Assembly (NCBI GenBank): GCA_035633375.1
Contig: DASQFA010000797.1
Location: 1 to 39,475, forward strand
Direction: 5' to 3'
From: Rubrivivax sp.
GTDB lineage: Bacteria; Pseudomonadota; Gammaproteobacteria; Burkholderiales; Burkholderiaceae_C
DNA length: 39,475 bases
In this document: piece by piece, positions 1 through 10,364 of the stretch
Layout: every line of letters begins with the position of its first letter
Numbering within the stretch: the first letter of the stretch is position 1
The notes under the pieces: model-generated
What the model was told of the DNA's origin: nothing
The model's database searches: none
What the model saw: only the letters and a program-made list of their open reading frames with translations
Program-made: the position numbers and the translations under genes

Positions 1-65
1 GCCGCGGCTTCGCCGCATGCCGTGCCTGCCACAACCTGCCGTCCGGCTGTGGAACGAGGAGCGCC

Positions 66-755
66 ATGTCGAGCACTGAAGCGGAGCTGGTGTTCCTGGT
101 CGACGTGGACAACACGCTGCTCGACAACGACCGCATCCAGGCCGACCTGGGCGAGCGTCTGCTGCAGGTCTGCGGCGTTGCCGGCCGCGAGCGCTATGCC
201 ACCGTGCTGGAGCAGCTGTGGCAGGAGCTCGGCTACCGCGACTACCTGGGCGCGCTGCAACGCCTGCGTGTCGAGCGCCCGTTGGACGTGGAACTGCTGG
301 CGATGGCCTCCTTCCTCATCGACTATCCCTTCGCCGAGCGACTGTTCCCCGGCGCGCTGCAGGTCATCGCCCACCTGCGCCGCAGCGCACCGGTGGTGGT
401 GCTGTCGGACGGCGATGCGGTGTTCCAGCCGCGCAAGGTGCAGCGCTCGGGCATTGCCGCGGCAGTCGATGGCCAGGTGCTGATCTACATCCACAAGGAG
501 CTGGCGCTGGACGACGTGCAGCGCCGCCACCCGGCGCGGCACTATGTGCTCATCGATGACAAGCTGCGCATCCTGACGGCCGTGAAGGCGGCCTGGAAGC
601 AGCGCGTGACCACGGTCTTCGCGCGCCAGGGGCAGTTCGCCCTCGATGCCCAGGCCATGGCCGCCCTGCCGCCAGCCGACCGGCGCATCGACCGCATCGC
701 CGATCTTCTGGCGCATGATGCGCACGAACTGGCCGCCGCACCGCACGCCCCATAG
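66..755 (+). CDS. HAD-superfamily hydrolase (putative phosphatase)
   Basis: 229-aa ORF with motif I DVDNTL, motif II LSDGD, a motif III Lys and motif IV IDDK; GAGGA RBS upstream. Confidence 0.85.
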   Translation: MSSTEAELVFLVDVDNTLLDNDRIQADLGERLLQVCGVAGRERYATVLEQLWQELGYRDYLGALQRLRVERPLDVELLAMASFLIDYPFAERLFPGALQVIAHLRRSAPVVVLSDGDAVFQPRKVQRSGIAAAVDGQVLIYIHKELALDDVQRRHPARHYVLIDDKLRILTAVKAAWKQRVTTVFARQGQFALDAQAMAALPPADRRIDRIADLLAHDAHELAAAPHAP

Positions 756-793
756 CCACCGTCGGCCGCGCAAACCCTGCTGGAGAACGCACC

Positions 794-1882
794 ATGACCG
801 CGAATGCCCCCACCGCGCAATTGCACGCCCTGGGCCAGAGCCTGTGGCTCGACAACATCACGCGCGCGCTGCTGGCCAGCGGCACCTTGCAGCGCTACAT
901 CGATGAATGGTCGGTGACCGGGCTGACCTCCAACCCGACCATATTCGACCACGCCCTCAAGGGCAGCACCGACTACGACGCCGACATCCGTGCCAAGCTC
1001 GCGCAGGGCAAGTCGGGCGAGGCGCTGTTCTTCGAGCTGGCCTTGCACGACATCACGCGGGCGGCCGACCTGTTCCGCCCGGTGCACGAGCGCACGCGCG
1101 GCGTCGACGGCTGGGTTTCGCTCGAGGTGTCGCCGCTGCTGGCCTACGACACGCAGACCACGCTGCAGGTGGCGCGCGAGCTGCACGCGCGCGCCGCACG
1201 GCCCAACCTGTTCATCAAGATCCCGGGCACCCGCGAAGGTCTGCCGGCCATCGAGGAGGCCATCTTCGCCGGCGTGCCGGTGAACGTGACGCTGCTTTTT
1301 TCCACCGCGCAGTACCAGGCCGCTGCCGAGGCCTGGCTGCGCGGCATCGAAAGGCGCCTCGCCGCCGGCCTGCCGCCCGACGTGGGCTCGGTGGCCTCGC
1401 TGTTCGTCAGCCGCTGGGACGTGGCGGTGGTGGGCAAGGTGCCCGACGCGCTGCAGATGAAGCTCGGCGTGGCCATCGGCCAGCAGGCGTATCGCGCCTA
1501 CGGCGACTTCCTCGCGTCGCCGCGCTGCCGCCGCGTGATGAACGAGGGCGCCGTGCCGCAGCGCCTGCTGCTGGCCAGCACCGGCACCAAGGACCCCAAG
1601 GCCTCGGACACGCTCTATGTCGAGGCGCTGGCCGCACCCTTCACCGTCAACACCATGCCCGAAGGCACGCTCGAGGCCTTTGCCGGTCACGGCCGCGTCG
1701 GCGCGCCCACGCCGGCCGACGGCGGCGATTGCGAGGCCGTGCTGGCGCGCTTTCGCCAGGCCGGCATCGACGTGGATGCGCTGGCGGCGCGCCTGCAAAG
1801 CGAAGGCGCCGCCTCGTTCGTGGCCTCGTGGCACGAACTGATGCGCGTGATCGCGTCGAAGAGCGCGTCGCTAGTGGCCTGA
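794..1882 (+). CDS. tal: Transaldolase
   Basis: QSLWLDNI, GLTSNPTIF, VSLEVSP, FIKIPGT (Schiff-base Lys), VNVTLLF, ASTGTK, TVNTMP motifs; GGAGA RBS. Confidence 0.95.
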   Translation: MTANAPTAQLHALGQSLWLDNITRALLASGTLQRYIDEWSVTGLTSNPTIFDHALKGSTDYDADIRAKLAQGKSGEALFFELALHDITRAADLFRPVHERTRGVDGWVSLEVSPLLAYDTQTTLQVARELHARAARPNLFIKIPGTREGLPAIEEAIFAGVPVNVTLLFSTAQYQAAAEAWLRGIERRLAAGLPPDVGSVASLFVSRWDVAVVGKVPDALQMKLGVAIGQQAYRAYGDFLASPRCRRVMNEGAVPQRLLLASTGTKDPKASDTLYVEALAAPFTVNTMPEGTLEAFAGHGRVGAPTPADGGDCEAVLARFRQAGIDVDALAARLQSEGAASFVASWHELMRVIASKSASLVA

Positions 1883-1898
1883 CACGCAGGAACGACCC

Positions 1899-2094
1899 AT
1901 GAGAGTCCTGGTCGTCGATGCCGGCGGCAGCCACGTGAACATCCTCGTCAGCGGCCAGGCCGAGCCGCGGCGCGAATGCCTTCATCGGCGGCTTCCGCCT
2001 GTGGGATCAACCTGCCCGCGCGGCGCACCGGGCCGCACCACGCACACCGGCGTCCGCGCCCCGGCGTGCCGCCGGCGCGCGCCGCACAGCCTAG
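1899..2094 (+). pseudogene. Internally deleted ROK-family / polyphosphate glucokinase-like gene
   Basis: N-terminus [16 protein letters not shown] (DxGG sugar-kinase phosphate loop) is joined out of frame at ~1973 to [11 protein letters not shown]..., stop TAG at 2092-2094. That peptide resembles the C-terminus of this kinase family as I recall it. Confidence 0.7.
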
Positions 2095-2137
2095 GCTGCG
2101 CAGTGCGCCCGACCTTTCATCGATCGACGGAGTAAAC

Positions 2138-3772
2138 ATGACACCCTCTGCACACACCACCTCCCTGCCCGCCTGGAAGTCGCTCCAGGCCCATGCCAGC
2201 ACGCTGCAGACCCTGCATCTGCGCGAGATGTTCGCCGCCGACGCGCAGCGCGGCGAGCGCATGGCGCTCGATGCCGCCGGCATCTACCTCGACTATTCGA
2301 AGAACCGCATCACCGAGGAGACGCTGCGACTGCTGCAGACGCTGGCCACGCAAGCGGGGCTGCGCGAGCGCATCGACGCGATGTTCAGCGGGCAACGCAT
2401 CAACGTCACCGAGGACCGCGCCGTGCTGCACGTGGCGCTGCGTGCGCCGCGCGGCGCGAGCATCGTGCTCGACGGGGTGAACGTCGTGCCCGCGGTGCAC
2501 GAGGTGCTGGACCGCATGTCGGCCTTCACCGAGCGGGTGCGCAACGGTTCCTGGCTCGGACACACCGGCAAACGCATGCGCAACGTGGTCAACATCGGCA
2601 TCGGCGGCTCCGACCTGGGCCCGGTGATGGCCTACGAAGCGCTGCGCCACTACAGCGCGCGCGACATGGTGTTCCGCTTCGTCTCCAACGTCGACGGCAC
2701 CGACTTCGCCGAGGCCACGCGCGACCTGGACGCCGCCGAGACGCTGTTCATCGTGGCGTCGAAGACCTTCACCACGCAGGAAACCATGACCAATGCACAC
2801 AGCGCGCGCGACTGGCTGCTGGCCGCGCTCGGTGGCGATTCCAGCGCGGTGGCGCGGCACTTCGTGGCGCTGTCGACGAATGCCGCGGCGGTGTCGCAGT
2901 TCGGCATTTCTACCGACAACATGTTCGGCTTCTGGGACTGGGTGGGCGGGCGCTACTCGATGGTCTCGGCCATCGGCCTGTCGACCATGCTGGCCATCGG
3001 GCCGGAGCGCTTCGGCGAGCTGCTGGCCGGCTTCCACGAGATGGACGAACACTTCCGCCAGGCCCCTTTCGAGCGCAACCTGCCGGTGCTGATGGGCCTG
3101 ATCGGCCTTTGGCACAACGACTTCCTCGGCGCGCAGACGGTGGCCGTGCTGCCCTACGAGCAATACCTGAAGCGCTTCCCGGCCTACCTGCAGCAACTGA
3201 CGATGGAAAGCAACGGCAAGCAGGTGACGTTGGATGGCACGCCGGTGGGCTGCGACACCAGCGCGGTCTATTGGGGTGAACCGGGCACGAACGGCCAGCA
3301 TTCCTTCTATCAGCTGATTCACCAGGGCACGCGGCTGATCCCCTGCGACTTCATCGGTTTCGGACAATCGCTCAACCCGCTGGGCGAGCATCACGATCAG
3401 CTGATGGCCAACGTCTTCGCGCAGGGCGAGGCGCTGGCCTTCGGCAAGACGGCCGACCAGCTGAAGGCCGAGGGCACGCCGCAGTGGCTGGTGCCGCACC
3501 GCAGCTTCGCAGGCAACCGGCCGTCCAACACGCTGCTGCTGGAGCGGCTGACTCCGGCCGCGCTGGGCAAGCTGGTGGCGCTGTACGAGCACATCGTCTT
3601 CACGCAGGGCGCGATCTGGCAGGTCAACCCCTTCGACCAGTGGGGCGTCGAGCTCGGCAAGGTGCTGGCGAAGAAAATCACGCCCGAGCTGTCCGGCGGC
3701 GGGGCAGCGCCGGCGCACGACAGTTCGACGAACGCGCTGATCCGGCGCTATCGTCAGTTGAAAGGCGTCTGA
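2138..3772 (+). CDS. pgi: Glucose-6-phosphate isomerase
   Basis: [65 protein letters not shown]; start placed at ATG 2138 behind GGAG (ORF track extends to 1976). Confidence 0.97.
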   Translation: MTPSAHTTSLPAWKSLQAHASTLQTLHLREMFAADAQRGERMALDAAGIYLDYSKNRITEETLRLLQTLATQAGLRERIDAMFSGQRINVTEDRAVLHVALRAPRGASIVLDGVNVVPAVHEVLDRMSAFTERVRNGSWLGHTGKRMRNVVNIGIGGSDLGPVMAYEALRHYSARDMVFRFVSNVDGTDFAEATRDLDAAETLFIVASKTFTTQETMTNAHSARDWLLAALGGDSSAVARHFVALSTNAAAVSQFGISTDNMFGFWDWVGGRYSMVSAIGLSTMLAIGPERFGELLAGFHEMDEHFRQAPFERNLPVLMGLIGLWHNDFLGAQTVAVLPYEQYLKRFPAYLQQLTMESNGKQVTLDGTPVGCDTSAVYWGEPGTNGQHSFYQLIHQGTRLIPCDFIGFGQSLNPLGEHHDQLMANVFAQGEALAFGKTADQLKAEGTPQWLVPHRSFAGNRPSNTLLLERLTPAALGKLVALYEHIVFTQGAIWQVNPFDQWGVELGKVLAKKITPELSGGGAAPAHDSSTNALIRRYRQLKGV

Positions 3773-3829
3773 AGGCAGGCCATCGCACGGCCGCCGCAGC
3801 GCCTGGCGCGCTTTCCAAAGGAACTCCTC

Positions 3830-4840
3830 ATGCAACTCGGAATGATCGGCCTCGGCCGCATGGGCGCGAACATGGTGCGCCGCCTGATGAAGGGGGGTCA
3901 CGAGTGCGTGGTCTTCGACAGGTCGCCGGCCGCCGTGGCCGGCATGGCCAACGAACACGCCATTGGCGCGGTCTCGCTGGCCGACCTGGCGGGCAAATTG
4001 GCCAGGCCGCGCGCGCTGTGGCTGATGGTGCCCGCCGCAATGGTGGACGCCACCATGGCCGACCTGCTGCCGCACCTGGAAGCCGGCGACACGCTCATCG
4101 ACGGCGGCAATTCGTACTACGTCGACGACATCCGCCGCGCCAAGGCGCTGGCGGCGCAGCGCATCGACTATGTCGACGTGGGCACCAGCGGCGGCGTGTG
4201 GGGCCTGGAGCGCGGCTACTGCATGATGATCGGCGGGCCGAAGGCCACGGTGCAGCGCCTCGACCCGATCTTCAGGACACTCGCGCCCGGCATCGGCAGC
4301 ATCGAGCGCACGCCGGGGCGCGACAGCTCGGCCGGCACGGCCGAAGAAGGCTACCTGCACTGCGGCGAGAGCGGGGCCGGGCACTTCGTGAAGATGGTGC
4401 ACAACGGCATCGAGTACGGCCTCATGGCCGCGTATGCCGAGGGCATGGGCATCCTGAAAAGCGCCAACGTCGGCAAGCTCCGCCACGACGTCGATGCCGA
4501 GACCACGCCACTGCGCGACCCCGAGCACTACCAGTACGACCTGAACCTGCCCGACATCGCCGAGGTCTGGCGCCGCGGCAGCGTCATCGCGTCCTGGCTG
4601 CTCGACCTGACCGCCACCGCTTTGATCGAAGACCCGGCGCTGACCAAGTTTGCCGGTCGCGTGTCCGATTCGGGCGAAGGCCGCTGGACCATCAAGGCCG
4701 CCATCGACGAGGCCGTGCCGGCGCCGGTGCTGACGAGCGCGCTGAATACACGCTTCAGCTCGCGCGGCGAGGCCGACTTCCAGAACAAGCTGCTGTCGGC
4801 GATGCGCTTCCAGTTCGGCGGCCACCACGAGAAGAAGTAG
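3830..4840 (+). CDS. gnd: 6-phosphogluconate dehydrogenase, decarboxylating (short YqeC/GntZ type)
   Basis: GLGRMG Rossmann motif, [44 protein letters not shown]; 336 aa. Confidence 0.95.
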   Translation: MQLGMIGLGRMGANMVRRLMKGGHECVVFDRSPAAVAGMANEHAIGAVSLADLAGKLARPRALWLMVPAAMVDATMADLLPHLEAGDTLIDGGNSYYVDDIRRAKALAAQRIDYVDVGTSGGVWGLERGYCMMIGGPKATVQRLDPIFRTLAPGIGSIERTPGRDSSAGTAEEGYLHCGESGAGHFVKMVHNGIEYGLMAAYAEGMGILKSANVGKLRHDVDAETTPLRDPEHYQYDLNLPDIAEVWRRGSVIASWLLDLTATALIEDPALTKFAGRVSDSGEGRWTIKAAIDEAVPAPVLTSALNTRFSSRGEADFQNKLLSAMRFQFGGHHEKK

Positions 4841-4959
4841 TCCCGCGCCCTGACACGACGGGCCAGCCGCCGAAAGCCCGCCCGCCGATCCCCGCATCCG
4901 AGCCCAGCGCGTGCGTTGATGCACGCACACACCCGCACGCACAGCAAGGAGCCTGCCCG

Positions 4960-6339
4960 ATGAGCCGACCTCCGGATGCCCCGGCCGATGCGCTGGTCTT
5001 CTTCGGCGCCACCGGCGACCTGGCCTACAAGAAGATCTTCCCGTCGCTGCAGGCGATGATCCGCCGCGGCCACCTGAAGGTGCCGGTGATCGGCGTGGCC
5101 AAGGCGGGCTGGAACCTGGACCAGTTCCGCGCACGCGCCCGTGACAGCCTTGAAAAACATGGCGGCCTGGACCCGGCAGCCTTCGAGAAGCTGCTTGGCC
5201 TGCTGCGTTATGTCGACGGCGACTATGCCGATGCGGCGACCTTCACCGCGCTGCGCCAGCAGCTGGGCCACGCCAAGGCGCCGGCGCACTACATGGCGAT
5301 TCCGCCCGCGCTCTTCGCGCAGGTCGTGGAGCAGCTGGCGGCCACCGGCTGCACGCGCGGGGCACGCATCATCGTCGAAAAGCCCTTCGGGCGCGACCGG
5401 GCCTCGGCACTGACGCTGAACCAGGTCTTGCTGAAGACCTTCGACGAGACACGCATCTTCCGCATCGACCATTACCTGGGCAAGGGCCCGGTGCACAACA
5501 TGCTGCACTTCCGCTTTGCCAACGCGCTGCTCGAGCCCTTCTGGAACCGCGACCATGTGCAAAGCGTGCAGATCACTATGGCCGAGGACTTTGGCGTGCA
5601 GGGCCGCGGCGCCTTCTACGACGCCATCGGCACGACCCGCGACGTGGTGCAGAACCACATGTTCCAGTTGCTCAGCAACCTGGCCATGGAGCCACCTGCG
5701 CGCACCGACAGCGAGTCGATCCGCGACGAGAAGGTCAAGGTGCTGAAGGCCATGCGCACGCTGGGCAGCGACGACATCGTGCGCGGCCAGTTCGTCGGCT
5801 ACCAGGGCGAGCCGGGTGTGGCCGCCGATTCGAGCACCGAGACCTTCTGTGCCGTGCGCCTGTTCATCGACTCATGGCGCTGGCAGGACGTGCCCTTCCA
5901 CATCCGCGCCGGCAAGCGCCTGCCCGTCACCTGCACCGAGGTGCTGGTGCGGCTGCGCCGCCCGCCGTCGATGTTTTCGGTGCACAACGACACGCCCAAC
6001 CATGTGCGCTTTCGCATCAGCCCGGACATCCTCATCGCACTGGGCATGAACGAGGTGTCGCCGCTTGACGAGAGCCTGAGCCAGCCGACCGAACTGATGG
6101 CCAGCCGCCTGCCCGGCGCGCGCGAGATGGACGCCTACGAACGCGTGCTCGGCGACGCCCTGCGCGGCGATGCGACGCTGTTCGCGCGCGAGGACTATGT
6201 CGAAGAAGCCTGGCGCATTGTCGACCCGGTGCTCGGTGCGCGCACCCCCGTGCATCCCTACCAGCCCGGCACCTGGGGGCCGGGGGAGGTGCAGGCAGTG
6301 TCGCCTGCGGGCGGCTGGTACAACCCTCTGCTGGCCTGA
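4960..6339 (+). CDS. zwf: Glucose-6-phosphate 1-dehydrogenase
   Basis: [44 protein letters not shown]; start at ATG 4960 after AAGGAG. Confidence 0.95.
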   Translation: MSRPPDAPADALVFFGATGDLAYKKIFPSLQAMIRRGHLKVPVIGVAKAGWNLDQFRARARDSLEKHGGLDPAAFEKLLGLLRYVDGDYADAATFTALRQQLGHAKAPAHYMAIPPALFAQVVEQLAATGCTRGARIIVEKPFGRDRASALTLNQVLLKTFDETRIFRIDHYLGKGPVHNMLHFRFANALLEPFWNRDHVQSVQITMAEDFGVQGRGAFYDAIGTTRDVVQNHMFQLLSNLAMEPPARTDSESIRDEKVKVLKAMRTLGSDDIVRGQFVGYQGEPGVAADSSTETFCAVRLFIDSWRWQDVPFHIRAGKRLPVTCTEVLVRLRRPPSMFSVHNDTPNHVRFRISPDILIALGMNEVSPLDESLSQPTELMASRLPGAREMDAYERVLGDALRGDATLFAREDYVEEAWRIVDPVLGARTPVHPYQPGTWGPGEVQAVSPAGGWYNPLLA

Positions 6340-6551
6340 CCCGCTGCCACCCGCCATGCAGATATCGGCGTCGCGCGCGGTTCAGCACCGGGTAGCTCAG
6401 GGTCATGCCCCGATGGCACATGTACGGCGAGGTCAGCGCCACATCGGCGGCGCTGACCTGCAGCACCGTATCACCGCATCACCCGGCACCCGCGAAGCCG
6501 TGTGGCCGTCGGCGCCCAGGCCCGGGTGCCGTGAGACCGAGACCCAGCGCA

Positions 6552-9281
6552 ATGTCCACGAATGAAACGATGCCGACGACGGCCGAAGACCAACGCCTGG
6601 CCGACGCGCGAGAAGGCAAGGTGCCCTGGCGCCGCTGGGGCCCTTACGTGAGCGAGCGCCAGTGGGGCACGGTGCGCGAGGACTACAGTGCCGAAGGCAA
6701 CGCCTGGGGCGACCTGAGCCATGAGCAGGCGCGCTCACGCGCCTACCGCTGGGGCGAAGACGGCATCGCCGGCATCAGCGACGAACATCAACGGCTGTGT
6801 TTTGCGCTGACGCTTTGGAACGGCGCCGACCCGATCCTGAAGGAGCGGCTGTTCGGCCTGACCGGACCCGAGGGCAACCATGGCGAGGACGTGAAGGAGT
6901 ACTACTTCCACCTCGACAACCTGCCCAGCCACGCGTACATGAAGTACCTGTACAAGTACCCGCAGCAGGCCTATCCCTACGCGCAGCTGGTGCAGGAGAA
7001 CCGCAAGCGCGGCCGGCTGGAGCCCGAGTACGAACTGCTCGACACCGGCATCTTCGACGAGGACCGCTATTTCGACGTCTTCATCGAGTACGCCAAGGAC
7101 GGACCGAACGATTGGCTGGTGCGCATCAACGCCATCAACCGCGGCCCGATGGCGGCCACGCTGCACCTGCTGCCCACGCTGTGGTTTCGCAACGACTGGA
7201 GCTGGACGCCCAGGCATGAGCGGCCGCGGATCGCGTTCGACGCCGCCCGGCCGGGTGTGCTGGCCGCCACGCACCCCACGCTCGAGCCCTATTGGCTGCA
7301 TTTCGAGAGCCCCGCACAGGTGCTGTTCACCGAAAACGAGAGCAACCGCGCGCGGCTGTGGGGCGAAGCCGCTGGGGGTTTTGCCAAGGACGGCTTCCAT
7401 GACTTCCTGGTGCATGGCCAGGCTGACGCAGTCAACCCCGCACGCACCGGCAGCAAGGCCGCGCCGCACTATCGGCGCGAACTGGCGCCCGGCGAAAGCT
7501 GGGTCGTCAAGCTGCGCCTGGGAGCCGAGGGCACACTGCAGGCACCGCTGGGCGCAACTTTCGACGCGCTGTTCGCGCAGCGCATCGCCGAGGCCGATGC
7601 CTTCTACCGACGGATCACGCCCTTCGAGTTGTCTGACGACTTGCGCAACGTGCAGCGCCAGGCCTTCGCCGGGCTGCTGTGGAGCAAGCAGTACTACCAC
7701 TACTTCGTCGACCGCTGGATCAAGGGCGACCCGGCGGGCCCCACGCCACCCGACGCGCGCAAGCAAGGGCGCAACCACGGCTGGTGGCACCTGGACGCTG
7801 CCGACGTGCTGTCGATGCCCGACAAATGGGAGTACCCCTGGTTCGCGGCCTGGGACATGGCCTTCCACTGCGTGGCCTTCGCGCTGATCGACCCCGATTT
7901 CGCCAAGCAGCAGTTGATCCTGCTGACGCGCGAGTGGTACATGCACCCGAACGGCCAGATTCCGGCCTACGAGTGGAACTTCAGTGACGTGAATCCGCCG
8001 GTGCATGCCTGGGCGGCGATGCGCATCTGCCAGATCGAGATGAAGATGAGCGGGCGCATGGACCGCCTGTTCCTGGAACGCATCTTCCAGAAGTTACTGA
8101 TCAACTTCACCTGGTGGGTGAACCGCAAGGACAGCGAAGGCAACAACCTGTTCGAGGGCGGCTTTCTCGGGCTGGACAACGTCAGTGCCGTCGACCGCAG
8201 TGCCGTTCTGCCCTCGGGCGGGCGCCTGGAGCAGGCCGACGGCACAAGCTGGATGGCCACCTACTGCCTGAACATGCTGGCCATCGCGCTGGAGCTGGCG
8301 AACGGCGATGCGGCCTACGAAGACGTGGCGACGAAGTTCTTCGAACACTTCGTCTACATCGGCGAGGCCGTGAACCGCGTCGGCGAGCAGGGCCGCGGCC
8401 TGTGGGACGAGACGCTGGGCTTCTACTTCGACCAGCTAAAGCTGCCCGACGGGCACAGCTGCCGTATCGAGGCCTTCACCATCGCCGGGTTGATCCCGCT
8501 GTTTGCCATCGCCGTGGGTGACCGCGATTCGTTCGATGGCTTCCGCGATTTCCGCAAGCGTTTCACCTGGTTCGCGCAGAACCGGCCCGAGCTGCTGGGC
8601 AACCTGGCCGACATGCGGCATCGTGGCGTGGACGCGCGCCTGCGCCTGGCGCTGGTCGATTCACACAGGTTGGGGCTGATCCTCGAACGCGTGCTCGACC
8701 CGGCGCACCTGCTCAGCCCGCACGGCGTGCGCTCGGTGTCCAAGCGGCACGCACACGAGCCCTTCGTGCTGCAACTGCAGGGGCGCCAGTTCAGGCTCGA
8801 CTACGAGCCGGCCGAATCCAGGGGCAGCATGTTCGGCGGCAACTCCAACTGGCGCGGGCCGGTGTGGTTCCCGCTGAACTACCTGCTCATCGAGGCGCTG
8901 CAAAGGCACGACTACTTCCTGGGCGAGACCTTCAAGGTGCCCAGCGGCGAAGGCCTGGGCGAAAGCTCCACGCTGTGGCAGGTGACGAGCGACCTGTCGC
9001 TGCGGCTGATCACGCTGTTCACGCGGGATGCGCAGGGGCGGCGCCCGGCCCATGGCCGTCATGAGAAGTTCCAGACCGATCCGCACTGGAAGGACCTGAT
9101 CCTCTTCTACGAGTATTTCGACGGCGACTCCGGCGCCGGCCTGGGTGCCAGCCACCAGACTGGCTGGACCGCTCTGGTGGCCAAACTGATCCAGCAGCAC
9201 GCCGAGTACGCGCTGCAAAAGCGGCAGCACGAGGTGGTGACCGGCTTCGGCGTCAAGCTGCCACCTGACAAGGCAAGCTGA
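6552..9281 (+). CDS. GH63/MGH1-like glycoside hydrolase (glucosidase)
   Basis: WGPYVSERQWGTVREDYS, SMPDKWEYPWFAAWD, PAYEWNFSDVNPP, GGNSNWRGPVW, EYFDGDSGAGLGASHQTGWT; start uncertain (6552 or 6570). Confidence 0.85.
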   Translation: MSTNETMPTTAEDQRLADAREGKVPWRRWGPYVSERQWGTVREDYSAEGNAWGDLSHEQARSRAYRWGEDGIAGISDEHQRLCFALTLWNGADPILKERLFGLTGPEGNHGEDVKEYYFHLDNLPSHAYMKYLYKYPQQAYPYAQLVQENRKRGRLEPEYELLDTGIFDEDRYFDVFIEYAKDGPNDWLVRINAINRGPMAATLHLLPTLWFRNDWSWTPRHERPRIAFDAARPGVLAATHPTLEPYWLHFESPAQVLFTENESNRARLWGEAAGGFAKDGFHDFLVHGQADAVNPARTGSKAAPHYRRELAPGESWVVKLRLGAEGTLQAPLGATFDALFAQRIAEADAFYRRITPFELSDDLRNVQRQAFAGLLWSKQYYHYFVDRWIKGDPAGPTPPDARKQGRNHGWWHLDAADVLSMPDKWEYPWFAAWDMAFHCVAFALIDPDFAKQQLILLTREWYMHPNGQIPAYEWNFSDVNPPVHAWAAMRICQIEMKMSGRMDRLFLERIFQKLLINFTWWVNRKDSEGNNLFEGGFLGLDNVSAVDRSAVLPSGGRLEQADGTSWMATYCLNMLAIALELANGDAAYEDVATKFFEHFVYIGEAVNRVGEQGRGLWDETLGFYFDQLKLPDGHSCRIEAFTIAGLIPLFAIAVGDRDSFDGFRDFRKRFTWFAQNRPELLGNLADMRHRGVDARLRLALVDSHRLGLILERVLDPAHLLSPHGVRSVSKRHAHEPFVLQLQGRQFRLDYEPAESRGSMFGGNSNWRGPVWFPLNYLLIEALQRHDYFLGETFKVPSGEGLGESSTLWQVTSDLSLRLITLFTRDAQGRRPAHGRHEKFQTDPHWKDLILFYEYFDGDSGAGLGASHQTGWTALVAKLIQQHAEYALQKRQHEVVTGFGVKLPPDKAS

Positions 9282-9599
9282 GGGCCGCGCTGCCAAGCGG
9301 CGGCCCTGGCACGCGGCCGTTTTCGGCGCCGCTGGGCACATGGCAAGTTTTTGCCGCCGTGCCATGGCTGCATTTCGAGGCTGCGCCACGACTGCGCAGC
9401 TGCACACTCGAACCGGCGCATGCGTTATCGAGCCTCTGTGCCTGCCGAATGCCAGCCGCCGATACGAGCCATCTCGCTGAATCCGTTGATATCAGGCTGA
9501 CCGCGCCGCTGTCGGCCTCGTCTGCCTGGAGACTCGCTCGACCGAGCAGACACGGCGTGATCACGCGCTGCAACACCTGCGCCACGGCCGTCACCAGCT

Positions 9600-10120
9600 T
9601 GGGCTGTGAAGCCAGCACCAGCTGAGCATGGACACGGTCGGTCCAGTGGGCAGACTGTGGCTGGCGAAGGCGGGATCGGCAACCGGATGACCCAAATGAG
9701 CACCCCGCCACACACCGAGAGTTTGCGCAGGATCAAGTCTAGAGAATCCAAGTCTGCGCAAACTAAGGTGTTCGTGACCCACAACAGCGCGTTGCCAGCG
9801 CAGATGGTCTGGGCGTTCCAAGACAGTCGTAGGCGGGTGGACATGTTTTGCAATCGCATCAAGCAACACCTGCGGATCAAGTAACGTCTGCGCAGTACCG
9901 AGAACGCCGTGGAGACACAAATTTGATGCCAGGTGGCCAACGGGCTGTTCACCGCCATCATGGTCGGGAAGGAGCTTCGAATCGAAGCCACGATGGACAC
10001 AGGTGGATAGATCTTGTCGGTATGCGTTTCTAGAAGGCCCTGGTTCATGCGCCCGCCCGGGCACCGTGTGCACAACCGAACAGCCAGACGACGCTCACCA
10101 CGCGAATCCATTCAGCGTTT
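9600..10120 (+). mobile_element. Degraded IS4-family DDE transposase remnant (C-terminal part)
   Basis: One frame reads SLRRIKSRE..VFVTHNSALPA..SRRRVDMFCNRIKQHLRIK*RLRSTENAVETQI*...*ILSV, matching the IS4 pattern LRRI..LVFLTNN..YK.RWQVELFFKWIKQHLRIK.F.GTSENAVKTQIW. In-frame stops at 9882, 9924 and 10008; boundaries approximate. Confidence 0.8.
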
Positions 10121-10364
10121 AGCAGGGATCCTCAAGATGAAACCATCCACATCATCCGCGCAACCGAGACGATCTGAGTGATGGCCACCGTGGCCCTATT
10201 CGTTTCCATCTGCAAACTGTTCAGGCGTGGACTGCATTGGCGCGCCTTCGTGAACAGCAATGAGCGGCGCGGCTTGCCCGCCGATCGTCATGCGGCGACC
10301 GCCGCACAAGAACAAGATACAGCAGGCCCTTGGATATTTTGGACCTCCTGGGAGTTAAAGCTTC

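Noticed and set aside
1976-2137. N-terminal extension of Pgi
   Set aside because: It overlaps the kinase scar; similarity and the RBS point to ATG 2138.
4860-4950. gcacgcaca repeats and a small hairpin between gnd and zwf
   Set aside because: Short and low-complexity, with no recognisable RNA family or further copies seen.
2117-5134. 1005-aa minus-strand ORF and other long antisense or off-frame ORFs (e.g. 10221-12122, 14149-15699, 19487-21484, 24864-26945, 28487-30253)
   Set aside because: They shadow well-supported genes and encode no recognisable motifs; high-GC codon bias removes stops from antisense frames.
3484-6339. 951-aa ORF suggesting a long N-terminal fusion to Zwf
   Set aside because: The upstream part is an Arg/Pro-rich alternative frame over pgi and gnd; zwf has its own RBS and ATG at 4960.
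9425-10111. 228-aa minus-strand ORF as a novel gene
   Set aside because: It is the antisense reading of the decayed IS4 transposase.
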